This document shows, in pieces, positions 1 to 12,800 of a stretch of 64,000 nt of DNA. The translations under genes and the position numbers were made by a program. The DNA is from Podarcis gaigeae (Eukaryota): assembly GCA_964106915.2 (NCBI GenBank), contig OZ066914.1; one strand, written 5' to 3'. Position 1 is the stretch's first letter. Each line of letters starts with the position of its first letter. The notes below the pieces were generated by a model, which was given only the letters and a program-made list of their open reading frames with translations, did not search any database and had not been told where the DNA came from.

Positions 1-649
1 AGCACCATCTGAAGGGACACAATTTGGGCACACGTCAGGCATGGAAAATCTTTGCCGCAGGCCAAGGCAAAAATCTATACGGTCACAAAATCTGGTGCTT
101 CTACTCACAACTGAAACTTAACACACAGGGGAAAATGAACTATTCCAACTCAACATACCTTAGGACCATACCAGTTTGCCAGCATGAAGAAAACTGAAGA
201 AAACTCTTATTGTGGAAACTTTAAGAGAGTAGAACTCTGACCATTCCTTAGCCCTCTGGCTGGGATTAACTACATATTGTATTTCTAATGTGTACTCTTC
301 TCTCTCGCCTACAGTGCACACACAAGAACTTACTTATTGTAGGTCTTTATCTCCCAAATTTGTACCCGTCAGAAAAGCAAAGGACAGTCTTTTGGTCTCG
401 AGAATGTCTGCTCCTGAATTTTAATCCTGAATATTTTCAGAAGGGTAGCCACGTCAGTCTCTTGCAGCAAAAGCAATCAGGAGTCTTGTAGCGCCTTAAA
501 TACTGTACTATTTTTTTCGTTAGCCTTCAAGGGGTCACGCCGCTCCTTTGTCCTGCAGACCTTCAGGATGTCCTTGAGAGACCAGAGGCCAAACGTGGAT
601 GTCAAAATTCTGCGAAACGGGTTGCAAGGAATTATTGTTGTGGCCAATA

Positions 650-2110
650 TTTTATGCGGGATGCTACCGGACGTGCTAAGGCAACGGCCGGGTGAAATCA
701 TGGCCCGTTAGGCCTCCGAGCGCTCCTCGAGTTGAGCGCCCGCCGCAGCGTATTGCCTGGGGCCGCGCTTGAATCGAAAGGGTCTGAAAGACACCCGGCC
801 TGCGCCAAGCCAGCTGCAAGTCTCCCCTGGGCCTCCAGAGGGCGGCCTCGGGCGACTAACTTTCTTCACTCTGTGTGTGTCTATGTACAAAGCAGGCTTC
901 CCTCGAGGGGCGGCTGTTGCTTTAAGCTGGCCCTGGAGCGAGCGGAGAGGGGAAGCCAGAAGCTGCGCGGCGGGCCCCGGAGGTCCTTTCCCCCTGCGGA
1001 GAAACAAAACCACCTACGGGCAGCAACAGCAGCAGCAGGAGGAAGAAGAAGGAGGAGGAGGAGAGCGTGTGCGAGTTTCGGATCCGCTCGGCTCCCGCCT
1101 TAAGCGCCCCGCATTGAATCAGCGCGTGGAGCTCGAGAGCTCCTCGGCTGCGCTTGCCTCGGGCACTTGCGCGACGCTGCTTCTCCGCCTTGGATCGCAA
1201 GCAGAGGAAGAAGAAAAGCGCTGACAGATAAAGGCAGCAAGCCGCCGCCGCCGCCACCCCCCACCCCTGCGCCGCCGCCGCTCCGCGTTGACAGGCAGCG
1301 GGAGCAACAGCAGCGGCCGCGGCAGCCCTCCCTGCACGCGCGCGCGCAACACACACAAGACGCACACAAGACACACACACACACACACTCAGGACACACA
1401 CCGAGAGAGCCCGCCAGCCCTGGAGGAGGAAGGCAAGCCGGGAGCGGAGGGCAGCGGGGCCAAGCCGCAGCCCAGGAACTAAGGAAGGGCCGCCACTTCT
1501 CTGCACGGGCATCATGTGGGTCTGTTTGTAAGAGGGGTTGGGGGGCCAGATCCCCTCTCTTCGCCTCCCCCCCTCGCTCTCCCTCCCCTCCCCCTAGCAC
1601 AGGCGGCCACACACACGCACACACACACACACCCCGACCGGGAGGAGGCGGCGGCGAGGGAGCCGCAGAGGCCGCTGGAATAATAAGAGAATTGATTGTG
1701 AAAAAGGAAAGCAGAAGAAATATTTCCTGGCAAGATGGCCGACTTGGAGGCTGTGCTCGCCGATGTGAGCTACTTGATGGCTATGGAGAAAAGTAAATCC
1801 ACTCCGGCAGCCCGGGCCAGCAAGAAGATCGTGCTACCTGAGCCGAGGTGAGCCCGGCAAGGGGGGCAGGCGGAGGGGGCAGGTGCGGCGCCGGGGCCCC
1901 GCGCGAGGCGCGCCGGGCTTAGGATGGGCGCTGGGTGTTTGTGTACGCGAGCGAGCGCATAAATGGGTCTGTATATGACTGAGCTTCGCTCTTCTGAAAT
2001 GCACCGAGCCGACTTGCCCTTGGCCCAAGCAGCAGGGACCGTGATCTACCCCGTCCATGTAGCGGGGTGGAAAGAGGGCTCGCTAAAGCGGCGTCTTTCC
2101 GTGTACGTGG
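650..2110. promoter_or_regulatory. CpG island: GRK2 promoter, 5' UTR and exon 1
   Basis: High GC and dense CpG; GCC, CAG and CA simple repeats; CCAAT near 644 and RFX-like GCTAAGGCAAC near 675; boundaries approximate. Confidence 0.85.
1735..1847 (+). CDS. GRK2: GRK2 coding exon 1 (113 nt)
   Basis: aagATGg Kozak; [37 protein letters not shown]; donor AG|GTGAGC. Confidence 0.97.
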
Positions 2111-5100
2111 TTGTGTTGATATAGTGTGGGCATGATGATGGATTGTCAGGGTGTCCTGTCTCTGCTTCCTGATTCTTCATTCGGCTGCTCAGATCCTTGG
2201 AGATCATTCCCCCAGCACCTCTTGCAGTAGCAAACCCCCTCCTTCTGTGTTTTTCCCTACCCACACGTCACAATTCCACCCACCCCAAGACAAACACACT
2301 CTGTGTATGTGTAATATGCAATTGTGTTAACCACAGCAGAAAAGCAGGCTAGTAAATCAGGCTGTATATATGCCTATATAGTGCTTTTTTCTGAGCAGTC
2401 CAGCAACTGTGTTGCTGAGTGTTAGGAGGAGCATACAGCTTGGCTCTGGCAGTGCCTGGACTCGGCCTCAAGATGCCCTAACCACTGTCTTCTGTTTTGG
2501 GTGGGTGGTTGGTTGGTTTTTGTTTTTGAAAATCTGCCTGTACAGACCTGTGCAATCCAGCGCTGTGTCTTGGTAATGTGCTGTTAGATAGCGACCAGGC
2601 CTTTGCCCACCTTGCAGCTGCCCTGAGTTGAAGCAGGAACTGGGGCTGCACAAACAACGTTGCAAGCGTGCGCAAATGCAGTGCAAGGTCACCATCGTGC
2701 AGATAAGGGGAAATGTGTTGGGCAGGGGCTCTGCTTCATGTAAGGGCATTTTCTTGCTGGGAGACACAAGTGGGAGCATTAAGTCAAAAAATCTGACTGG
2801 TCATCCAGGTGGGTCAAAGGTGCTATGGTTTCGGCCAACCAACCCTTAACTCTGCTTCCTGGCAGCAGTTACCAAGGGCAACAGGGTGGGGCCTGACAAG
2901 CATCCTGCACCTTCAGCACATGGGCAAATGGAGGCCTTCCTCGCTCTCCTTTCTTCCCTTCCACCTCCCATGTGACATCTGGCTTACCCTACCCTTCCCT
3001 GTTCTAGCCAATAACCTTGGGTTGTCCCCATTGTAGGAGAAGTCTCTTCAAGCAGAACTGCTCCCCTGCCACTGAAGGCAGGACGGAGGGTCTCTGAGAA
3101 AGCTCCAAAGGGCCCCTTTCCGCAAGAAATGGCAAGCGGCCCTTTCAGAGGATGATGCAGATGTGTTACCATGGCGATGCCTGAAAGCCCCAGCAGCCTC
3201 TGTGCTCTTTTCCCCCCACACGGTTGCTGGTTTCAGTATGGAAGTGCCCACATGGGAACTTTGGGTGAAGTTCCATAGCCTTTGGAGGAAATAATTTTGG
3301 GATGCATAGTGACGGTCCAGAGAGCAGCCCCTTCACTTGCATCACATCTCAGCTAATAGTTGCTCACTGGCAACCCCCTGCCTGCCTGAGTCACATCCCT
3401 GAGTCCAGTTTAAGATAACTGTCTTGGGGTGGCAGAATTTAAGCCATCGTTTGCCCTTCTGCCCCTCCCTCATCTCTTTCTGCACCACTTGTGATGACAG
3501 TGTAACTGCTGCTGCCTTCTCCTCTTCCTCAAAGTACACCAGGGAGGCCTTCAATTCTCCCAGCTCAATAGCCATCTATTTGGGAGTAGGGGAGTGAAAG
3601 GCAATATTGACAATATACACAAAGGAGATACTTGTGAAATTTGGCTTTTAGGAAATTGAGCTGGGGAGAGCTAAGGGGTCAGATTGCCAATTAGGGAAGC
3701 AAGACTATGCCCTAGAAGAAGCCTAAGGATTAAGAGGCGTATATGGAGGTCTTGCTGTGATCACAGCACAGGGGCCTTATTGATAGCTTACTGATAGGCA
3801 GAAATTAGGTAGCTGGAATGGTAAGGAAAGCATGGGGAGGAGTGTCAAGGATATGTACAGAATTTCATTTGTTTGGATTCAAGACATCTGCTGAAAACAT
3901 GCATTGGAGACTTCTTCTTCCCATTAGCTGGGAAGGATCAGATACATCTCTTCTGCACATCTCACTGTGGGAACCTTGCTGGGGGACTTCTAAAGTGTGG
4001 CCCCATAAATTTTGCCCGGGAAGCTGATTTGGAGCAGGAGGAGAACAGGGTAATTCCAGAACAGGTTAATTCAGGCAGAAGCTGAAGAAATTCTTAGTTC
4101 CCCTAATCTGAATGCGTAATAACATGTAGATCTTTTGGTACAGCCCAATAGAAATCACGTGGAGGAGGAAACTGGGTTTGGGTGATGAGCAGAGTGTGTG
4201 TTTTACATTAAAATATGCAAGTCAATATATTTGCATATTTATTTTTTGCATAATTTGCTCTGTTCCTAGCAGTCATGGGAGGCAGTGCAGGGAAGCAGTG
4301 CAGGGCACAGAATCCCCACCTCTTGACCACTAGAAATTTGACTCATCCTCCCTCTGGCCTTGCACACATATACTGTTGTAGATCAAAAAGACAAGAAACT
4401 TGCTGATTTTTTTAATGAAAAGCAAGATTTGGGTGCCCAAGTATAATTTATTTACTTGCCTTGCATGATATCTTCTTGGCACAGCATACATAGTCCTGTT
4501 CACAAATCACATTACCTTGCTTCTCAGAGACAGAGCATTCACTCTCAGACGCTCCATAGGAAGGTGAGACTTAACAGAAACCACAAGCAGTGTGGCCCTA
4601 GCATACGTTATCTTTCATCATTGTTGCTTTGCTGGTGGTTGACCTAACAGCTTCCGTGTGTGTGTCTGTCTTGAAACATAAGGGACATAGAAATCACACC
4701 CTTGGAGCCTAGGTGGTGCCTCCAGTTTTTTTCATGGGCTATCTATTGGAATTGGGACAAAAATGCAGATACATCCTCAGGAAGTTGTCCAGGATTGGAA
4801 CAATAGAAGGATGGAGATTCTAGAGCAGTGGTGAGGAATCTAGTGCCCCCCAGATGCTGATGTACTCCAAATCCCACCAATTCCAGCTGGCACAGTCAAT
4901 GGTCTGGGAGTTGTAGTCCAGCAACATCTGGAGGAGCACACCACCCCATCCCTGTTGTAAAGAGAGGAACATCAGCAAAATTGCCAAGGGTGCTGTTGGG
5001 TACTTAAAGAACTTGAGGCACAAACCCATGGCCCAAATTTCCATAGTCATTTGCATTGGCTAGCTTATATGTATTTAAGATGGTGGGTTTCTGATGCTTA

Positions 5101-8100
5101 TCAGCATTATATTTTGCAGTGTGCACAGCAAGTCAGTTAAAGGGGGAGGGATGAGTTTTTTAAAAGGAAGAAAAGGGCAGGAGATGCAGGCCAAGTGCAA
5201 ACCTGGGTTTTGACACCTCACCACATCTGGAACAGCACCCCTGAAAGTTGCTGAAGGGGCTGCATCCTCGTTCATTACTGCAAAAGCAGGAACATTCTGT
5301 TACATCTGTTACATTAATTTATGGCATTTATATGCCACTTCATCATTAGCATTTCTAGAAGGCATACATAAAAATAAACCATACAGAGAATAAAACAGTT
5401 AAAAAAAAATCACCATAAAACCAAACATAAATCCAAACCCTACCTTAAAATGCTTGCTGAAATAAGAAAGTCTGAGTCACATGCCTGAAGTCCAGCAATT
5501 TGTGTCTTACCTGTCCTGTACGTAGTTCAGAGGCAGCATTTTATCTTCACAGCCACCCTTTGAAGGTAGATTAAATTTGAGATACAGCAACTTGCTATCC
5601 GATGAGATTTGAGTCTCTGCTTCCCACCAACCAAGCTCACTGTGGCAGGGTCCTGGAGACAGGATCCTGAAGATCTGGAAGACTCTGTCTACTCCCTCCT
5701 GGAATGTCTTTTATAGATTCTACACAGACATTCCAAGAGGGAGTGGAGGTAATGAAACTCGGAACTGCTGCCCATTCAAGATCTTGGGGGAATAAGATGT
5801 CTAAGGTTTTGTTTATTACATTGCATCATACTTCTCTCCAAAGGAGCTGAGGGGCACACACATTGTATGTGGGATGGTTTAGGTTGTGTGTATGTTTGAC
5901 TAACCACCGCCACTCTTCGAACTTCATGCCAAAGTGGAGAGTTGAGCTGAGGTTGCTCAGGGGTCGCTAATCTGTCACTCTCCACACATCGTTGGACTCC
6001 CATTGGCCCTAGCCGGCATGGCCAGTGGCCTGGGGTGTTGACAGTTGTACTCCATCCACATCTGGAGAACCACAGGTCCCCCCATTCCTCTTCCATATCG
6101 TGCAGAGCAGAATTGTGGGACGGGGATAGGAGGCCTCCCACAACCCCTATTATGGAGCACCCTGACTTTAAATCACTCCCATCGGTTTTCTCTGATAGGC
6201 TTCAACACACTAAACTTCCTGCCCGAGCAACCTCCTTGCCGGTGCAGCCTCTCGTGTCCCTCCTCCTGCCAAAGTCAAGGCCCAGCTTCAAAGAAGAGCT
6301 GTCTCTCTGATTTGTCTGCCAGGAAATGACGTCACCTTTGGTCGCAATAGGCTATTTGGGTCTGCTGCAAAGTAAGAAACTGCAGCACATAGGAGAATCA
6401 GGGTGACCTGCGTCCTGCTGACCCGCCACGGCACCCACTACAAGCTCTGCCTTTTTGTGCAGGTTTTATATCGGAACTAGGAATGTGTCGGAGCCAAGGT
6501 GGTTGTGACATTTGTGAGAGGGGAGAATTCAGCTTTGGTAAAAGGGCAGGGGATTAAAAAGGGGGGTGGGGAGGAAGTTTCTCCTTTGCTGGTTGCTGCA
6601 CGACAGTGTTGTTTTTCCTGTTAAGGGAACCAAACTATTTTTTTCTGTGCATTCATTTCCTTTTTCTGCGCTTGGATATGAAGCCAGTCAGTGTTCCCTG
6701 AAGTCTGGCTCTCTCTAGCCTGACAATCTACAAGAGCATACAGAAAAAAATAATAATAAACCAGCTCAGATGCCCAGGGATACTAGCAGGCAACTTCCCA
6801 CTTCCTCCCCAATGGCCTTTAAGCGAACAAGAGCATTGTCAACAGCTGGCTGATTATTTATAGTACTAACTGCCTCTCATTAAGTCTCTGTGCAAGAGGA
6901 ACTCGAGGGAGCTGACATTCTCCATAGGCCTTCCCGGTTGTTAACTAATGCTCTCTTTTTTTCCTAAGGGGGAAAACTGAGGCAGGAAAAAGAGGGCACT
7001 AGGACCAGTTCTCTCAGACCTTATCTGACCGAGGTTAACTTCAGTGACTGACTGAATTTTTGGAATCGGTCTTGTAAACAACACAAAATTTACAAGCTCA
7101 GGATTGTCCCCCCCCCCACCCCCCTCTGCAGACTGAAATGCACATACAGGCTTGTGGCTTAAACCTTTTTTTATATAACCTTTCTTTCCTGGTTGCCTAA
7201 ACCAGATGCTTGTTTGCCACAAGTGACCATGCTAGTTGCTTTTTAGAAGCCTGGCCTATATAGATGTGCTGCTTTTCCATGGAGCAAAGGTAGTCAACCT
7301 AGTGCCCTCCAGATTGTGATAGGGCTACAAGTCCCAGCATGTGTGGCCATGCTGGCTGGGGCTGGTGGGAGTTGGAGTCAGGCAACTTCCAGAGGGGATG
7401 ATGTTGGGCTACTTGGTTTGATGCTATGAGTCCCAAGTTCAAGTCTCCGCTTAGCTGCTGCTATAAAAGGAATGACTTGCCTACCTTACCAGGACACTGT
7501 GAGAATAACCAGATAATGAGTGTGAATTCCTTTTCTGCACAAGGCATTTTATGTAATGATATTAATGCTATCATTCAACTGGACCTGCCCCCTGGAGATG
7601 GTTGTTATGGAGATGCTTGAGACACATTATCCCAGGCCCACAACAGCAGCAGGCACCAGAAAACACAGCCATTCATCATCCTTCCAAGACGTGTCTGTCT
7701 TAGGCATGGGGATCTCTCCCCCATCCCCCATCCCCCATGGCTCACTAGTTTCAGGAGCAGGAGTTTATGGGGGGCGGGGGAAAGACACATTCAGTCTAAA
7801 TGGTTGAAGTAGGTCCTGTTTCTCAGCGCCCTGATATTTAATTTGCAGAATCCAAGGGGGAAAAAATCTGCCCTCCACAATGGGAAAGTGTCTCTTCAGC
7901 CCGATCACACTCTCCTCTTCAGAGGCACCCCTTACATTAAGCTCCTATAGCTCCTATAATACTACTAATCCCCAGAAGCCCCATTCAGAGCCAGCCCAGC
8001 ACCCCATTTAATCCATGGACTGCAACAGCAGCAACTATGGTTGTTCCTGCTGCAGACCACATTGGACACCTTTCCATTGCCATTCAGGGAGGATGCAGTG

Positions 8101-9833
8101 GCCTCTCTAGGCTAAGCATCCAGATCTCTTTGTCCTCCGTTCAGATATTTAAAAGGTACCCAGATGAAGGGCTGTTTATTTAGTCAGCACACTCAAGTAA
8201 TGTCACCCCCTCCCCGTCCCCCCCCCCCCACTGCAGATGGTAACACTTCCAGGCGGGCCAGGAGTGAGTTGAGTGTCTGAAAAATGTTCCACATGTAAAA
8301 CTAGAAAAGCAGTGTGCATGTCAGGGCGAAAGGATGCAGTCTTATTGGGCTCGGTTTTCTCTGAGGAGTTTTTCATTCCCACCTGGGAGCATTCAAAATG
8401 TCACCCACCCCCACCCTCTCACCTGCAACCTGAAATGGAATAGTCCAAGATAGCCTTCCCCAGCCTATACAAAGTGGAAGGGCTGCATAATTCTTTCCGT
8501 ACCAAAGTGGGGGTGGTGGGGTCGGGTTTCTGTGGAAAAACGGTGGGCAGGAAAAGGGTTAAGCAGTGATTCCAGTTCTCTAAACCTTCTCTTCTTCCCA
8601 AAGTTACTTTTTCATAAGAAAGGGGTGGGGGACCTGTGACCCTTCAGACCTGGGGTCCAAACTCCCATCATCTCTGTCCCTTGGCCATGCTGGCTGAGGA
8701 TGATGGGAGTTTGCAAGTCCAGCATCACCAGGAGGGCAGCAGGTTGAAGAATGCTAGTCTAAGGAAAGCTTTACCAATTGACCGACAGACTTGGGACCTC
8801 AGCCATTATTGGACTACAGCTCCCATCATCCCTGACCACTGGTCCTGCTAGCTAGGGATGATGGAAGTTGTAGTCCAACAGCAGCTGAGGACCCAAGTTT
8901 GAGAAACACTGCATTAATTGGTCCTGTCTGACTTACCAAGTATCTCATGCAAGTGGTGCAAACTATCACAGAATGTTGGTGCCACAGTCACAGCATTTTC
9001 ACCATTATTGTGCCACCCGCACTGCTTCTCATTCATTCCAACCTGCAATGAGGATCTGTACAGTCAGTATGTGGATTGTGGGTGTTGGGAATGCTGACTC
9101 AGTACACTTGTCAAGTGATACGGTAATCTGCGTCTTCCATCATCTGACAAGTACTTCTTACACAATCTTCCATCTCGAAAGGTACCCGTGCTGCAAATTG
9201 AAGCATGCTTTCTGGGGAGCAAACCCCCTTGAAGTCAATGGGGCTTCTTCCTTCCAGGTGAACATGGTCAGGAGGAAATGGTTGAAAGTGGCATTTCCAA
9301 ATAAATGCATTTAGGATTAGGATTTCTGCCTCCATTGTCAGAGGCAGTGTGCTTGGAATCCCACGTGGAAAGAATGCTCTTGTGCCCAGGACCTTCTTGA
9401 GGTGTTCCTACTGGCATGTGGCTGGCCACTGTGACAACAAAATGCTGGGCTAGAGGGAGACGGTTGCCCTTACCCTGCAATGGCCCTCATACTCAGGAGC
9501 TTCCTCTTGGCTGCTTACGCTGAGTCAATTAAAATTTTCTCCATAGAAGGGCTATGCGTGCTGCTTAACCAGCTAAATATCCACAGGAGAAGCCAGGTCA
9601 TAGCCCAGCTCTGAAAAATGGCACACGACTCCGAAAGAGAGTTCCAGTTCTTTGTAATACATTAACCCAGCATGAACCCCTGTCTCATGGCCAGACCGTC
9701 TATAGCATTTTCCAGGCTGCCAGCTACCGGGTCTTGCCAACTCATCTTTGAGATTAGTCATTGTACTTTGGGACCTTGGAATTTCAGGTTCATTTTCAAC
9801 CCAAAAGGTGCTCTTTCCTAATTATTTGCCTGG

Positions 9834-9896
<63 letters not shown>

Positions 9897-12800
9897 TGTC
9901 TTTCTTGGTCACTTTTTAAAATTAACCATCCCGGAGGACAAAACAAACACAACAACTAAAAAAACAGAATGTATTCAGAACAATGCTTCCAAGATCCAAT
10001 GTATTATTTCCGCTGCTTCTCTAGCCAGGAGCCTGTCCGTCCACACTCAGACCTCCTGTCCCTCCTGCTTTTTGATGAACCTTCATTTTCTGTTTAGACT
10101 TTTAAATTGGCTTCTCTTCCAAATTGCCCAGATGCAGATGCCATTCTAAGAGCCCCAGCTCTTCTTTAAGACAAGAAACAGACCTCTGTTCGTTCACCTG
10201 CTAGAATGACTGGCTGCCTTTGTAATCTTCCTGTACCTGGCTCCACGTAGCCCCAGATAAAAACACAGTCTCCTTTAAACAGCTGGTTGGCCTTAATTCA
10301 TGAATGAAATGTCGGCTATCCAGTGCTGGATCCTTACTGACCCAAAATCTCTTGAGATAAGTGTCTTTTATCTGCAGGCTTCCTGTGATAATAATGGGGG
10401 GGGGGGTTGCAGCAAAAACAACAAAGGGTATTATAGCACCTTAAATACTACATTTGCTATCCTTTAAGGTACTACAAAACTGCTCATATAATAAGACTTT
10501 ACCCCCTCTCCGCACCACACCCCCACTTTCTAAACATGTTCTTGGTTCCTCCTCCGACCCTCTAGAGCAGATTTAGGGGGCGCAGGAGGAAGAGAGGAGG
10601 GGGAAGTCTGCTGCACGAGTGGACCTCATTCTGCACATGCAACAGCTTAGCTGGATCCTGCCCTTGTTGTTTTCAGGGCAGGCACGGCAAACCTTTGTCC
10701 CTCCACATGTGGTTGGACTCCTATCAGGCCCAGACAGCGTAGCCAGCGGTCAAGGATGATGGGAACTGGAGTCCGGCAGCATATGGAAGGTCACAATCTC
10801 CCCACCCCCTGCTTTGAGGGAATAGGCCGAGCTGAGAAGCTTCACCCTTGTTAACTTCCCTCACGTGCCTTTTCTCTTGGCAGTATCCGCAGTGTTATGC
10901 AGAAATACTTGGAAGACCGGGGTGAGGTGACCTTTGACAAGATATTTTCTCAGAAGATTGGTGAGTAGCAGAGCCTCTGCAGGGGTCATGAGTTCAGGCA
11001 AGACCAGCTTGCCTGTGCTCCAGTTAGCCAGGAGTCAACGCCAGTGAGAAGAAATAGGGGGGCAGAAGGAGGGCCTCCTTTTTAAAAGGGCTGTGGTGGG
11101 ATTGTATATCTGTGGAGTTGTGATGGAAGCTGCCTTAGGAATCCAGCTTCTGGCCTGAAAAGTGCTGCTGTGCTTTGGCCGCAGGGGCCGGTGCTGCAGA
11201 TGCAACTTCTTTTGTCACTTGCTCCTTCACTGGAGTTGGGGAACGCTTGGCCCCTGAATTTGTTCTTACCATCCAGCCCTTGGAAAGGCCAGTCGCCTTC
11301 TTCATTCAGATCAGGAGTTAACAAGTCTTCTCCTTCTCTAGGGTGGCCCAATGCAAAGAAAGCCAGTGATCCTGTATCTATTAATGAGGATTTTTTTTTT
11401 GGAAAGCGCATAGCTCTGCAAGGGCGGCAGTTGCTGTGCCAGCTCAAATTATCTTGTCCAAATTATCCAAAGTTAATAAGTCCCTGTCCTGCCTTGGGTC
11501 TGGTCAACTCTGCATCCCAGGCTGGTGCTGTAGAGCAGGGGTGGGCAGACTTTGGTCAATCCACTTTCGCCTCTACCAGAATTTCCAAGATTGACCAACC
11601 CAGGCCAGGTGCAAGAGACCAAGAGTTAGAATTAATGAACAAAGGGTGCCACTGAGCACATTTGGAGCCCAGGAATTTGTTTTCAGCACCATTTTGGGCA
11701 AATGTCCAGTCTCAGTTAGCTTTCTCCATTTCAGCAGCCTAATTTTGATTTTGGGGGGTGGGCGGGTCATTTTTTTCTTGCTAGTTGCTCAAGAATTGGG
11801 AGTCAGAACCCCTGAGGATCTACTGCAGGTCACCCAGAGATCTCCCAGTAGATTGTAATCTACTGTCTCCCCACCCCCGCCTTGTTCTCAAGCCTGAGCT
11901 GAGATCTGTGAGCAGCTGAGCTGAGATCTGTACAAATGAATTGGGGAAGGGGGTATTGCTGAGGTTGATGAGGAAATTCTGCTTCCTCTTGTGCGGCCTG
12001 CGACGGTTCCCCGTTCCATCTTCCATTAGTTGTTTGCAGGACAATTGCTTCACTTGAGGGATATTGGAAGAGAAGAGGGTTCAAAGCTTCTGGACTGGCT
12101 CACATGTGAGAATGTTCTGCCTCCAGGAAGGGGGTGGAGCTGCAGACCTTGCGATGTGGCCCTGTAGGCCCATCTTTCTGGCCCTCAGGCTTCTTCCTAG
12201 GCCACAGTATATCGCTAGGCCACCCCTCAAAGGCCCTGCTGCCCCCAGCCTTGACAATGCCTCTCTTGAGTATCTGAATGAAGAAGTGTAATTACTCCAG
12301 CAGAGAATCTGGACCTGGTGGAATTCCCCTTCCATGCAGCTCTTCAAGAAGCCTTTTAGAATGTAAGAGTGTCAGCTTTTTCTGGCAAGGCTCCTGCGCT
12401 GTTAGCAGCTGTGTGAGAAGTAAAAATGCAGCTCATGTAGCTTTTTCTCCCTCATAGATTGAAATGTACAGGCTGGTGGGGAGAGGGGACAACAACACAC
12501 TTTCGCTGCTGAATTTCTGCCTGTCATCTTGCTGAAGGCACAGAAGCCTGCCAGGAAGAAGGAAAATAAAATTCCACACCCTGCCACTTACTCCTTTAAA
12601 AAAAACCAAAACAAAACAGAATACTCTAGAGCACTGGTTCCCAATTAGCTAATTACGGAGGACCCCCTGTTTTTCAAAAGCCAAGCCACGGACCCCTTAC
12701 TTTTGACAATTTTGATGACTCCATGGTAGTTACCTCTGCAAAGCAATTTTTTGAACAAAAAAAGCAGACTATAAAATTTGTGATACTACCATGCAAAAAT

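Noticed and set aside
708-1796. Several 100-209 aa ORFs, including one with polyQ/E/G
   Set aside because: CpG island and simple repeats in the GRK2 promoter/5' UTR; mostly non-ATG starts; no recognisable domain
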